Source: Felis catus
Taxonomy: Eukaryota
Length of the DNA stretch: 64,000 nucleotides
Direction of reading: 5' to 3'
Assembly (NCBI RefSeq): GCF_018350175.1
Contig: NC_058373.1
Location: 100,752,001-100,816,000, forward strand
Under the pieces are notes generated by a model, which was given only the letters and a program-made list of their open reading frames with translations, was not told the origin of the DNA and did no database searches. Below are positions 35,681 to 49,226 of this stretch, piece after piece. A program made the position numbers and the translations under genes. Each line of letters opens with the position of its first letter. Within the stretch, counting starts at the first letter, position 1.

Positions 35681-38589
35681 AGGGAAGAGGGATGGATAGG
35701 GGTTGCCTGAGTGTCCAGGTGGGAATGTGAACTGGAAGGAAGAGGGGTAAATTTAGAATACACATCTGCTTCTGTGTCCTCAGGCTTGGCGGGCTCAGAG
35801 GTGGCTCAGCTCCTGTCACCTGGCCCACTGACAGCTGACATCATAACAAAGCAATGTGCTGGAATGAGTCAGGTTCTGGAATGCTGGAAGACCTCCACAT
35901 GTCAGGGTGACCTTAAAAGTGGGGATCCATGGTCTCTTGTTGCATATTCCCCCCAAGTAATTAACTCAAGGCCAAGGACCGTCACTGGTGTTGTCCCCAG
36001 TTCTCAAGGAACAGATACAGAAAATGGTGGTTTCCAGAAACATCTCACTGGCAGAGCAGAGTTGACTTCTTTGTTTTCTTTCTGGATTACGCTTTCGCTG
36101 GCTTGAAGGAGGCAACTGGCTGTGTAGGTTTAAAATGTTCCTTTAAGGGTCTACTATATGTCGGAGAGCAAAGGAAAGAATTAATTAAGCAAAGTAGAAC
36201 TTGGAAGGTGATTTGACTGTAGTTAGTCATCATCTTTAACCTTGGTGCTTTCATTATGGTCAGGAAGCACACTCTCTGGGTCACTTTGTCTTGTGGTGGC
36301 TCACTCGTCATGCCTATCCCTAAAGGATATGGGCAGTTGGCTTAGATCAGCATTGTTGGACTGCTTCCTTCTTTGGAGAGTGGGCTGGAAAACTTCTCTG
36401 CTCTCAGAGGTGCCTCTGGGGGTGAGAAAGATGAATCAGATTGCAAGCAAAAACCAGAAAGAGGGATGGGGTGGAGTTGGGGAAGAGTCACTTCCTAACT
36501 TAACGTGACTTTCCCCAACCCTGAAAGAAAGTCTTGGGTGGTTTTTTGGAATGAGTAGCAGCTGAATCTCTTCTGGGATTTTAGGCCCCAATGGGCAGTC
36601 TCTCCCTCTGTGGGTCCAGCCTCTTCTGGAAACCCCCTTCCTGGCCCAGCTCCCATTGAATGGATGCTGAGAACACCACCTCCCACTCTTGACCCTTCAG
36701 CCCAAGGAGTGGTGGCATTTTGCTTCTTTGGCTCATCTTGAGGAAGTCTTACCATTTCCTGTTTGGATTCTCAGCTTTTCCATCAGCTATGTAACCTGTT
36801 CTATGTATCAATTTCCTTTTGTTTGAAAGATACAGAATGGGTTTTGTTTTCTTGACTGCACTCTCACTGGTCTGCTCAGTTCAAACTGGTTTTAAATTTG
36901 TGAAGATAGGACTACTTCTCACATTGTTTTTGAGTTTTAAAAAATGTATAAAGCTTAAAATATTCACTTTGATCTGTACAGATGTATACATTTATCTGGT
37001 CATGTCTTTGTTTAATATTTGCATACCACTCTATGGGTTTCCTGAACATGGGCACTGGGACACTGGTTTTCTGCTGTAGGTTGAAAAACCAGAGAATTTG
37101 CGAATGGTTTTTTACTTAGTTTCCCACTGTGTCATCAAATATCTGCTGCCAACCAGAGGTACAGGTTTTTTAAAATTGCATTTAACTTCTCTGAGCCTCA
37201 ATTTCTTCATTTAAAGAAAAAAGGAAGTTGTATTTGATGGGTCATTTAAAAACTTTGATTTAGCCTCAAAACTCATTTTTAAAGTACAATCTGACCTGAA
37301 CCTCAACATATAAAGTAGGAGATCCTAAGCTCTCCTCACTGACCTCCAGATGATCTCACCTTGTCTCCTACAGCAGGCCTGAGTTCTCACTGTCCAGCGC
37401 TGGAGTACAAAATGATTAAATAAAGAGTACTCGCATTCTGCTCTATTTTTGATTTTATACTTCTTGAAGGAATCCAGAGACTTTGTTTCTCAGAATTTTA
37501 TTTTTCAGTTTTAGAACTAAGATATAAAAAACACCAAACATTTTTAAGCTTGATTTTTACCTATCTTAATTAATTTACCTATGTCATCTTCATTACTTAT
37601 CTTAATGCAAACATTTTTTAGCCTGATGTTTACTTCTCTTTACTTATCTTACTGTGAAGCAGAAAATCCCATGTTTCCTTGGAAGATCTAAGGTTTTGTT
37701 GGAAAAAAGTGCCAATAGAAAATTCTCTTATTAAAAGAAATAAAACCGGGTCTGCCCTCCTAAGAGGATATTCCTGTTTCCTAAATGCAATATCCCACAG
37801 ACACTGCCAGGGCCGCCTGATTCCCTGGCCTTCATGCTCCTCCTCTTGCTAAGACAACATCTTAGCCTCGCTCTGCTCTCCATTGCACTTTGGAGAAATC
37901 CTATGCTGGGTGGAACTCTCAGGGGCTCTAGCTCAATACTCCCGTGACTTAAACTCAAGTTATTGTTGCCGGAACTCTGCCTTTGGCTTTGCTCCCAGTT
38001 TAGCGTATCGTGGACACCAAGTTCCCCTTAAACTCGATATTGAGGCAAAATCCACCTATTTTCCTGTGCCTGGTTTTCCATCCTGATTACCTGCTGAGAG
38101 TCCTAGCCACATCAGACCTGCTTGCCAGTTCCTCCCCAGGACTGGGCACTGCTTCCTGCTCAAAGCTCTTTAGTGCTAATCACTTTTAATCAGAGTCTCA
38201 AGTATGTCCTATTTCAGGACACTGGTATGCGCCGTCCACCTGCCAGGACACCCTGTTAGATCTTGCTGACAAGGCCCCCCTCATGGACTTCTTTCTTAAA
38301 GAAATCAGTTATCTGTTATCCGTTTGGGTGCCCTGAATATTCTGCCACTCTGGGCTCCCTCACACTCCCCAAAGGCAGTCTGTTTCTTCATTACTTGTGC
38401 CTGGATCTAGGTCCTGTCCCATTATGGTCCCTATGGTTCTATCCTAGTTAAACTTTCCATGTCTAATCTGGGTCAGGAGCTAGTACTAGTTACATGAGAC
38501 CTTTTGCCTGTCATAAGATGCAAATCCTTTCTGGGTCCAAATAATCTTATTTCCCTCTCCACACTATTATGCTTCTGTTAATCACATAA

Positions 38590-39800
38590 TTATTGAATAC
38601 CAGGTGCTAGAGGATATGAAGTTTAATAAATAAGCGGCCTTTGGGAACTGATAGTCTTGCTGGGAAGAGGTTTTAAACAACTAATTGTAACTATGATAAT
38701 GATTGTGCTCTTAGAGCACAGAAGAAAGAAGTCCAAATACAAAGGGGGGGGGGATAGTGGTGGGGGAAGAGATACTTTCAGGGAGCCTTGAAGGATTAAT
38801 AGAAGCTCATCACTGGTGGATGAGGAAAATCCAAGCAGAGACATCAAGACATGTTTGAGGAAGGTGGAGTTAGTGGTTGTGGGTGTGGCTGTAGCACCAA
38901 AGAAATGAAGGTGAAAAGGTATAAGATGAAGGCCAAGGGGTTTAGGCTGTATTGTTCAGCAATCAGAGTTAAGGGAGAGTCTGAAGTAGCAGACTGTCAC
39001 AATTGTATTTGCATCTTATGGAGATTCTTTGGAGGTATCGGTTGGAAGGAGGTGAGACCGGAGGTAAGAACACCAGTAGACAGGCTTTCATACAATAACT
39101 GAGGCAAGAAATAGTATGTGCTTACGAGGAAAACTATCAGTGGAGATGGGCTGGAGTGGGGGAAGATTTGAAAAGTGTTTATGAAGTAGAATAGACAGGA
39201 TTGGTGATCAGTTGAAAAGAAAAGTGAAGAGGGAGCTGTTGAAATTAACTCTCAGAAACCTGGGAGCTACGGAGGATAACTCCCAAATGTGTGCTTGGGA
39301 ATTGGGTAAGAATGGGGATACCATTCCCTAAGATGGGACTGCAAAGGAGGTGATTTTGGACATGTTCTGTGAGAAGCATCTGGGGGATGCCAAGTAGAGA
39401 TGTTCCATAGACAGCCCACAGTCTGAAAATCACATCCGGCTCAAGAAAGACTCCTTGGCTTCAGATTAATTTGGAAACTATCAATATATACAGGATGACC
39501 ATAAATCCCAAAAACATAGACAATAATATTTTGTCATGTATTGTAATATAGTATTGATAAATCATTTCTTATGGATTCACCTACATTTCCAGACTTCATG
39601 GCCATCCTGTTGAAATCTGTTAGAGCCAGATAGAATATATAATGTAAGAAAAGAAAGGGATTGAACCTGGAGTCCTGGGAACTACAGTATTTATGGGGCA
39701 AAGGAGACTGAGAAGAAACAGAGAGGAGGTGAGATTTAAAGCCCTGAGAAAGCCCAAGAGGAGAGTGCTACTTCCACTGAGATGGAAGGGAAAGTGGTGA
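38590..39800 (-). mobile_element. L2 fragments
   Basis: Antisense L2 text, e.g. AAGTAGAATAGACAGGA, TTTTGGACATGTT, CAAGTAGAGATGT. Confidence 0.6.
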
Positions 39801-39893
39801 GATGAGTAAGAATGTGCAGATGTCAGCCCAACTTGCCATCAGACTCCTTTAAACCTTTTCCCCCAGCGGCCAAAAGTATTACTTTCTCTAGAA

Positions 39894-40050
39894 CAGTGGT
39901 TCTTAACTTTTATAGGGTAACACGTTCTTTGAGAATCTGATGGAAGCCACGGACCCTCTTCCACCCATGAATAGCAGGAATGGAATGCAGTGTTATGGGG
40001 TCACAGAACTTCTGAGCCCAACACCCAAGAATCTCAGGTTAAGACTCCTG
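39894..40050 (+). mobile_element. MER103-like hAT MITE
   Basis: CAGTGGTTCTTAAC..TTTGAGAATCTGATGGAAGCCACGGACCCTCT..CAGGTTAAGACTCCTG, preceded by the CTCTAGAA hAT target pattern. Confidence 0.7.
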
Positions 40051-43000
40051 GTATTTTATAAAACTGCTTCTAAATACAGAGAAGGTCTTAGTTTCCCCGC
40101 ATTTTGGGGAAACAGAGGTTTATTTTCTTGTGAGACAGCAGAAGAAAAAGAATGAATGCTACGCAGCAGCATGATGTCATTAAGTTTATCAAAGCCCAAA
40201 TGATTTTTTTTTTCTCCCATTAGAGGGAATTTTTTTCCCTTTCCTTTTTTTCTGTTGTCTCTTCCTAGACAGCTTAATTGTTTTTTTTTTTTTTCTGAGC
40301 TGAAATTGACTTTACCTTTCTTTGCATAGTTATTGATTGTTGCTACCATAAATTGCTTCCGCTTGTAAGTCTCAGCCACAGAGTTTTCAGAAAATTTTTA
40401 AAATCATATTTCTTCTGGAGAACATTTAGAATCCTATTTTCCCCCAACAGATGTAATGCAGTTTCTTTACATTGCTCCTTTTCGTTTGACACTGTGATCT
40501 TATCTCCTTTAAACATTCCTTCATTTGGGCTCTCTTGGCACTGTGCCCTCCCTTTCTGTCTCTGTGCTCTTTGTAATTGTTTTTAGGTCTCTTTGTTGAC
40601 TTATTTGTGCAGCTAAGGGCATCTTCGAAGGCTCTGTTCTCAGTGCTTTGCTTTCGTTTGTTTTTTACCCACTCCTTTTCATTTAGTTAATTCTAACAAA
40701 CATGTGAGTGGGGACTATGTTTCGTGCACTTACTCTTCTAACTGCAAAAATCCTCTCTGAGGATTTATGCCTCCAAATTGTGCCTCTAGCTCTGACATGA
40801 CACAATGACATAATTCCCACGCTGCCACCACGTCACTTCAAGATGTCCCAGCTCTGCTTCCCCTTCTAACTGGCCTTTCTTACAATTTCATTTTTCCATG
40901 CCAACCAGTAGCCTCATCAATTTTCAGTTTCTCAGCCTAGAAGTTTGGAATGTTTTTAATCTTTGATCATACCAGAAGTGAAAAACAAGGCAAAACTACC
41001 AAAACTCTGTTGAAAACTCTGTGACCTTGTTAAGTTCACAAAATAAAACACTGGTTTCCAGCTTATTGATCTTTATGATCAGCTTTATTGATCTTGTACT
41101 TTTAGTGATTCCCCTTTTAGTCCTGCTACTTTTCTGTCTTTCATCATTTTCTTTCTTCTTTTTTCACTCTTGTGTTTTAGGTTCTTCTGTGTCATTATTC
41201 TGATCTCACATTGCTCTCCCTTATGTGCTTTTGTACATTATGTACTTTTGCACTTATCATATGTGTGGACTATGTCCAATAGATGTCAATCTATTGTTTT
41301 GGATATATTTCACATGTTGATAATTTAATATCAGGCATTGAAATTCTCCACTTAATATCTAGATTATTTTTTATCCTACTCTCCTTCAATATCATCTGGT
41401 TAAGCTTGGAAAATTTCAGATGGGAAAATGAAAAAGGTCAATGATATCTAGCTATAGATCTTCTTGTCACATCCTAAATTTTACAGTTTTTGCGTCACAA
41501 CTCAATTTTTCTTCTCCTTGGTTTTATGATTCTCACTGTTGGATAATGGCAAAGTTGACATCAGAATCATACTCTGAAACTTCCACACCAAACTGAGATA
41601 GCAGTGTCCTATTCAGCACAATATGAATTTGAAGTCATAAGAGGGACAAACTTACGAAAGGTGACAAATGGGCTAGAGGTGAGTCAGTGTCTATCACTTA
41701 ATTTGGCTTTTGGCTTTTCACTAAGCCTTTTTTTCCATGAGGGTGTTTATCATAATAGACATATGTTTTCAATGTATCAATCAGGAGGGTGTGTGGTCTT
41801 GTTTATTCTTGATTAAAAAGCCTATGTCAAATAAAAATCATTTCAAAGTTCCAGTAATAATTGGAGCAATAAGATGGTAAGGGGTAATTAAAGGATGTGG
41901 CTTTCTTTCAGAAACAAAAACGAATCTGGTGACCACATGTACTCTCCTCCTCTTCTTTAATGAGTGTGCTGAAAGATGTCAGGGTTAGAAACTATGGAGA
42001 TTGGAGATACACCAACTTCATGCTAATATGTCAGATACAAGTCCAAATTCCCACATTGACTACATTCAAGAATTTGCACCTGGTGATGCTGTATGCTAAC
42101 CAGCAATGTGCACATTTCACGCTGTGATGATGCCTAGTCATAGTGGCACTGGTAGTGTAGATGTCTGTTCCCCACCACCCCGCCCCCCACTTTCCTCCCC
42201 CCCACCACATCTTTTAAATGGGAAGTATAGTTGCTTACCCTTCCCATTTTGAACTCTTGGACTACAAACCATAAATTACCCAGGTTATTGCTCATGAATT
42301 GTGGCCATTTAAGGACTTTCTATTTCAGCTGGTTTGACTTGGAAAACTCAGACCATTGAGAATGAGAAATTATCCTGGGGACAAAATGTTTTTACTATAC
42401 ACATTGCTGTTTTCTTCTTTTTTGCAAAAATTTTGTTGAGTTTATTGGCCAGCATGAAAAAAAAATTCCAATCCTTTTGGTCAGTACTGAATGATTTGAT
42501 CCCATGTCTTTGTGTCTTTTGAGAGTTGTCCAATGGGTCCATCATAGCACATTAAACAGCTGCTTCTCTGTTCTATTTTGTGCTTTATTGGTCAATTCCC
42601 ATTGGTTTAGTTTCTGTGCCTTTAATAGGACTGTCTATTCAGATTAATAGTCATGAACACAATGATGTGGTGATAAGGACCATCTTCTATTTAGGGTTTG
42701 GCTAATTCAATTGTACTTGAAAAATGTGCTCTGAGATCTACTTTAAGGAAACAAATAAGAAAGAATGTGATAATCTGACTATTATCTTAGCCATTGAGAA
42801 AATTAGATATGTGAATAAAAAAGTAACTCGGGAAAAAGATAAAGCATGCTCTAAATGTGGTATAGGAATAAATGGTGTGAGAGCAGCAAAGGTAGGTGAG
42901 GGCAGTAGGTATGTATTCTTCCTAAGATCCTTACAGGAAAGGTTGATGGTAAACTGTCACCTCATAAGTGGGGAAAGAATGAAGGGAACCTTAGTTTCCT

Positions 43001-43271
43001 CTTTAGAATAGAACCCTTTGCCTGTGATCAGTTGCTTATTAGGCTACTAAACTACAATGCTTCTGACTAATTATTCTTCTAATTGGCTACAGCACACTTT
43101 TAACTAGGGTTTCACATTTATTTCATCTAAAAGAACTTTAAGAAATTGCTTAAGTAGTCCCTGAGGCCAGCACATGCTTTTATTTGAGATGTTTCAAGAT
43201 TGATTATCTGACTCATTAGAGAATAAATATGAATATTCTTAATGGGAGTTAAGGACTGTGTTCTAAGACTT

Positions 43272-43407
43272 TTTAAAATTTAAATTTTAGTTAATATACA
43301 ATGTCATATTGGCTTCAGTAGTAGCATTCAGTGCTTTCTCACCTTACATACAACACCCAGGGCTCATCACAAGTGTCCTCCTTAATGTCATCACCCATTT
43401 AGCCCAC
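43272..43407 (-). mobile_element. Severely 5'-truncated carnivore L1 (136 bp)
   Basis: CAACACCCAGGGCTCATCACAAGTG..CTTAATG..CATCACCCATTT; perfect 16-bp TSD CTGTGTTCTAAGACTT at 43256-43271 and 43408-43423. Confidence 0.92.
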
Positions 43408-43779
43408 CTGTGTTCTAAGACTTAGATGTTGCCTCTTTAATAAATCATGCTTCTTCATTGTACTATTTTGAGTAGAAAAGATGCTGATTCTTCTTTTAGA
43501 TGTGTGAAGACGAAGGATCATGTTCCTGGAGTGGGAAACTAGATGCAGCTCAGACTCCAATGTTAGATCTTGGAATGAATGCGTCATACCAAGGGGGGTC
43601 AGGCTTTGTTTAAACTGACATGTTGGTGGATGAGTTACTTAAACTCTTAAATTCAATTTTTCCATATGAAAAGTTGAGATAACATATTACTTTGCAGAGA
43701 TTAAAATATATATTATATATTATTTGGAAAATAGTAGATGCTCCAAGAACTATAGCTCCTATTACAACAACAGCAACAG

Positions 43780-43935
43780 TAAGAACAACAATGATAAATA
43801 ACACAGAGTGCTTACTATATTCCGGATGCTGTTCTAAGAGTTTTACATGTGTTATCTCATTTAATCTTTGCAACAATATTATAGGCTACCCATTGACTCC
43901 ATTTTATAGGTAAGGCACAAAGAGTTTAAAATATC
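43780..43935 (-). mobile_element. MIR
   Basis: GTGCTTACTAT..TTTACATGTGTTATCTCATTTAATCTT..CCATTTTATAG. Confidence 0.75.
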
Positions 43936-44430
43936 TTTCCACCTTGTTATTTGTCCACAGTGAAGCATAGTATCAAAGATGCAATACTATACTTATTCCA
44001 AAGATTTTCTTTGGAAGGAATGTAATGAAACATTTTAGGACATGATGCCGATAAACAGAACTTGGAAAATCAAGAAAGTTCTCAATTCTTTCCCTTTGCT
44101 CAGCTAATCAATTTTCAATTCATGCCCATTGAGAAGGCTGGTATTTTAACATTTGTGGACATGTTTCAGCCTCAACTGCTATATTCTGATGGTGAACTGT
44201 CTTTTTCTAGGAAGTACACTGTTTTTGTAAAACCTAATAATACCTAGAATTGCTTGTTATTAAAGAATCTGTTTAGAATTTTGAGGAGAGGCAAATAGAG
44301 TGACTATTGACTGATATTACAATTTGAAAATTATTTTAGATGTTTGTGCTCATTATTATACACAAATGACACTTAAAACTATGGGCCAGTGCTCCTACTG
44401 TTTCTTTCGTTACTTAAAAAAATATAAAAT

Positions 44431-44645
44431 GGGGCGCCTGGGTGGCTCAGTTGGTGAAGTGTCCAACTCTTAATTTTGGCTCAGGTCATGATCTCTTGGC
44501 TCATGGGTTTGAGCCCATGTTGGGTCCACACTGACAGTGCAGAGCCTGTTTGGGATTCTCTCTCTCCCTCTCTCTCTGCCCCTCCCCCACTCTCACACAT
44601 TAGCTCTCTCTTTCCCTCTTAAAATAAATAAATACACTTAAAATA
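44431..44645 (+). mobile_element. CanSINE
   Basis: GGGGCGCCTGGGTGGCTCAG head, (CT)n and AATAAA tail. Confidence 0.95.
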
Positions 44646-44911
44646 TATGTAAAATAAAACAAGGCAAAACAAAACAATCTGGTTTAGAAGTGAAATCATA
44701 AGGCCATTACATAGTTGCATTTTTTTTTTTACTTGTTTTTATTTTGTTTTCTGTTGAAAGAATAGAATGAAAAACACATTTAAAAGTCAGGCCATTCTGC
44801 ATTTGGCAAGGAGCTAGTTTAATTAGGTAATTATCACAGTTTCTTTCTGTTCTTCAGAATCAGTTTATAGCCTGAAGCATTTAAAATTTCTTATCATAAA
44901 ATTTAGATAGG

Positions 44912-45058
44912 ATCTGTTTTTGGGAAGAGTTTGAGAAGGATTGGTAATAATTCTTCTTTGAATGTTTGGTAGAATTCACCAGTGAAATCATCTGGTTCTG
45001 GACTTTTGTTTGCTGAAAAGTTTTTGATTACTGATTCATCTCCTTGCTAGTAATCCCT
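44912..45058 (-). mobile_element. Inverted 5' segment of the adjacent L1 (ORF2, pre-RT region)
   Basis: Minus strand translates [30 protein letters not shown], matching L1 ORF2 [26 protein letters not shown]. Confidence 0.9.
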
Positions 45059-45065
45059 TTGCTTA

Positions 45066-46484
45066 GGGAAATTAAGAAGGAAATTCCATTTATAATTGTA
45101 TCAAAAAGAATAAAATACCTAGGAATAAATTTATTCAAGGAAGTGAAAGGCCTGTATATTGAAAACTATAAGGTTTTAATGAAAAATTGAAGAAGACACA
45201 AATCATTGGAAAGATATTTCATGCTTATGGACTGGAAAAATTAATATTGTTATTAAATGCATTAAAATGTTCATACTAAAGCAATCTACAGACTCAATGC
45301 AATCCCTATCAAAATTGCCATGACATTTTTCACAGAAATAGAACGAACATTACTAAATTTTGTTTCAAACCATAAAAGATCCTGACAGTCAAAGCAATCT
45401 TGAGAAAGAAGAACAAAGCTGGAGGCATCATGCTCCCTGATTTCAAAATATATTACAAAGGTATAGTAATTAAGACAGTATGGTACTGGCATGAAAACAA
45501 ACACACAGATCAATGGAACAAAATAGAGAGCCCAGAAATAAACCCACACATATATGGCCAATTAATTTATGACAAAAACAGCCAAAAATATACAATGAAG
45601 AAAAGATGGTCTCATCAATAAATGGTGTTGGAAAAATTAGATAGCCACATGCAAAAGAATGAAACTTGACCACTATCTTCCATCAGACACAAAAATTAAC
45701 TCTAATGGATTAAAGACTTGAACATAAGACCTGAAAACATAATACTCCTAGAAGAAAACATAGGCAGTTAGGTACTTGACATGGGTCTTGGGAATGATTT
45801 TTGATTTTGACACCAAAAGCAAAAGCAAACATAAACAAGTGGGACCACATCAAACTAAAAAGCTTCTGCATGAGAAAGAAACCATCAACAAAATGAGAAG
45901 GCAGCCTACTGAATGGGAGAAAATATTTGCAAACTATGTATCTGATACATAGGGGGCTATAGGGGGCTAACATCCAAAATACATAAAGAGCTCACACAAC
46001 TGAATAGTAGAAAAACAAGCAATCCAATTAAAAGTGGGCAGATCTGAATAGACATTTTTCAAAGAAGGCATACAGACAGTCAATGGGCACATGAAAAGAT
46101 GCTCAACATCACCAATCATTAGGGAAGTGCAAATTAAAACCATAGTGAGCTATCTCCTCATACTGTTTAAAATGGCTATTATCATAAAGACAAGAAAAAC
46201 AAGTGTAGGCAAGACTATGGAAAAGAGGAGACCCTCATGCACTGTTGGTAGCAATGCATATTGGTACAGCCACTATGGAAAATATTATAAAATTTCCTCA
46301 AAAAATTAACAATAGAACTACCATATGATTCAGCAATGTCACTTCTAGATATTTATCTGAAGAAAATGAGAATGCTAACTTGAAAAGATACATACACCTC
46401 ATGTTTATTGCAGCATTACTCCCAAGATATACAAACAACCTGTGCTTATCAATGGCTGAGTGAATGAAGAAATTGTGATGTGTG

Positions 46485-46528
<44 letters not shown>

Positions 46529-46704
46529 GGAATGTTATACAGCCATAAAAAAGAATGAAATCTTGCCATTTGTGACACTATCATTGGAACTTGAGAGGAT
46601 TATGCTAAGTGAAATAAGTCAGACACAGAAAGACAAATACTGTATGATCTCTCTTACACACTGAATCTAAAATAAACTATAACCCAGCTCATAAAAACAA
46701 AACA
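45066..46704 (+). mobile_element. L1 3' portion (RT C-terminus to 3'UTR), contains (CA)n
   Basis: [13 protein letters not shown] 45400-45621 ([26 protein letters not shown]); ORF 46091 (MKRCSTS). Confidence 0.95.
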
Positions 46705-47037
46705 AAAACATTTAAGGAGTATTCTGCAGTTGTCAAGGAGCCACTTTAATCAGGTAATGACCACAGTTTCTTCTTGTTTTTCAGAATCATATTATAGTCC
46801 AAAACACTTAAAATTTCTTACCATAAAATTCAGATAGGTTACTATAGCTTCCATAGTTCTATAGCAACTAAGCACATAAATATTGTGATTAAGATAATAG
46901 AAAATATTAATGATAGTACAAAGGGATTTATCTAAAAAAATACTGAGAAGTTAGATACACTTTCATAAAATTCATTAGTAGTTATAGTGAGTTTTTATTA
47001 ATAATAATGTGCACATTTTTGATGCCTAAGCAATTAA

Positions 47038-47240
47038 AATTTTTTAACATTTATTTATTTTTGAGAGACAGAGCGTGAACAGGGGAGGAGCAGAGAGAGA
47101 AGGAGACACCAACTCCGAAGCTGGCTACAGGCTCTGAACTGTCAGCAGAGAGCCCCATGCAGGGCTCAAACTCACAAACCACCAGATCATGACCTGAGCC
47201 AAAGTCAGAGGCTTATCGGACTGAGCCGCCCAAGTGCTCC
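47038..47240 (-). mobile_element. CanSINE
   Basis: Full antisense body. Confidence 0.92.
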
Positions 47241-47951
47241 AAGTGCGTTAACAATTTAAAAGTCTCACTGGGAGTGAAGAAAATGAAAGGTTTGATCTAA
47301 CATTTCCTGAACATTCTGGGTACTATAACCACGGAAACTGTAATATTGTAATACAACAATGTTAATAAACTAAGTTAACAAAGTAATTTGTTTCTGATAT
47401 GTAGTGTGCTGATGATAGTTTGCAATATTTGGTTCTTCATTTCTTTGCTTTGACAGGTCAGAAGTTTAGCCATCTCAAATGCGTTGTTTCGTTTGTAATG
47501 TTTTGTGGGTGGGGTGGGTGGATTAAAGGACTCCTAGATACATTGTTTCTTGGGTATTGGAAATCTAGGTTGAAAGAACTCATCTGTCTTGTTAATTACA
47601 AATGCACCACCGGTGGAAGAGGGGTTAGCAGAGGCCAATTTGAAGAAGGATCTACTACACTGATGTTTTGCTGACATTTCAACTAGTGAATTTTACTGCA
47701 GAAGAAAAGGTCTAGGCGGTGTGATCCTGACGTGTTTGAGGGGAGCCCCCTCAATTCCAAAAAAGCTTGTGTGAGTCTAAGGTAAATGCTCTTGCCACTC
47801 AAATTCTTTGAAGAAACAAAACAATAGCCATACACAAGATTACTATCTGAACTTAAATGCGTTATAGGCAAGTTATATGTATCTATATGCAGACAAGATG
47901 TATATTATCTTGCTACTTTCAGATTTTATGTTTCAAATTATTCTACATAAT

Positions 47952-48032
47952 TTGAACCCAATGTGGGGCTGGAACTCATGACCCTGCGATAAAGAGTTAC
48001 ATGCTCCACTGACTGAGCCAACCAGGTTCCCC
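47952..48032 (-). mobile_element. Short CanSINE (head only, older type)
   Basis: GTGGGGCTGGAACTCATGACCCTG..AAGAGT..ATGCTC..GACTGAGCCAACCAGG. Confidence 0.8.
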
Positions 48033-48054
48033 ACAATTATTCAAGGCTTTTAAT

Positions 48055-48320
48055 TTTATTTTTTAAACCAGCTTTAGTGAGGTGTAATCACATAGAGTGA
48101 AATTCCTTTTTAGGTATACAGTTCAATGATTTGACAAATGAATACAGGTGTGTATCCACTATCACAATGAAGATACAGAACATTTCCATGACCCCATTAA
48201 GGATGCTTAATGCCTCTTTGTAGTCACTATCCTTCTCCTATCCCCAGACCCTGCTGATTTTATCTCTCTTACTATAGGTTTCCCTTTTCCAAAATAAATC
48301 TGACATAAATAAAATCATGC
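48055..48320 (-). mobile_element. Old L1 3' fragment
   Basis: CAGCTTTAGTGAGGTGTAAT..TACAGTTCAATGA..ATACAGAACATTTCCAT. Confidence 0.75.
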
Positions 48321-48321
48321 A

Positions 48322-48488
48322 GGGGCTCTGGGTGGCCCAGTTGGTTAAGCGTCAGACTCTTGATTTCGGCTCAGGCCATGATCTCCTGGTTGGTGAGATT
48401 GAGCCCTGCAGTGGGCTCTGTGCAGACAGCGTGGAGCCTGCTTGGGATTTTCCCCTTCCCTCAAAGTAAATAAACAAAAATTAATAAA
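48322..48488 (+). mobile_element. CanSINE
   Basis: TSD AAATAAAATC(A/G)TGC. Confidence 0.92.
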
Positions 48489-48993
48489 ATAAAATAAAAT
48501 CGTGCTGTGTGGGAGGCTTTTCTATTTTCATCATGAAAGCTAATATAGTCCCTGCTCCTTCTGCCTGTGCTATGCTTACATTCAATTTTTGACTGTTTTT
48601 GTTTTGGGTGCCCAGAGAGCCTAGGAGAGGCAATGAAAAAGAGATAAAAACAAAAGGGATTGTTATATGGGAGTTAAGAAGAGTGGTATCAATATGAGAA
48701 ATGAATGAATGGAACACATTTCTTTTGTCTGCTTCCACCTGTCGATCTGAAGCATAATCTAGAGCAAGTTCAAATTCTGGAAGGAATAATGACATGATGA
48801 CAGCTGTGTGACAGGATGACTTTCCAACATCACACACAGGGGGGTTCAGAACACGCATATCTGTGGAGATGTGTGAAGATGTACAGCACTTATGTGGCCA
48901 TGGCTGTTTCCCTCTCCCACTGCAGACATGAATGATCGGTCAGGACTCTGATCCCAACATGCAGCCTCCAATCCTTCTCAGGACAGCATTCTT

Positions 48994-49226
48994 TTTTTTT
49001 TTTTTTTTTTTAATTTTTTTTTTCAACGTTTATTTATTTTTGGGACAGAGAGAGACAGAGCATGAACGGGGGAGGGGCAGAGAGAGAGGGAGACACAGAA
49101 TCGGAAACAGGCTCCAGGCTCTGAGCCATCAGCCCAGAGCCTGACGCGGGGCTTGAACTCACGGACCGCGAGATCGTGACCTGGCTGAAGTTGGACGCTT
49201 AACCGACTGCGCCACCCAGGCGCCCC
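48994..49226 (-). mobile_element. Very young CanSINE (SINEC_Fc)
   Basis: CpGs retained, A box TGGCGCAGTCGG, B box GAGTTCAAGCC, long T tract; perfect 13-bp TSD GGACAGCATTCTT at 48981-48993 and 49229-49241. Confidence 0.97.
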
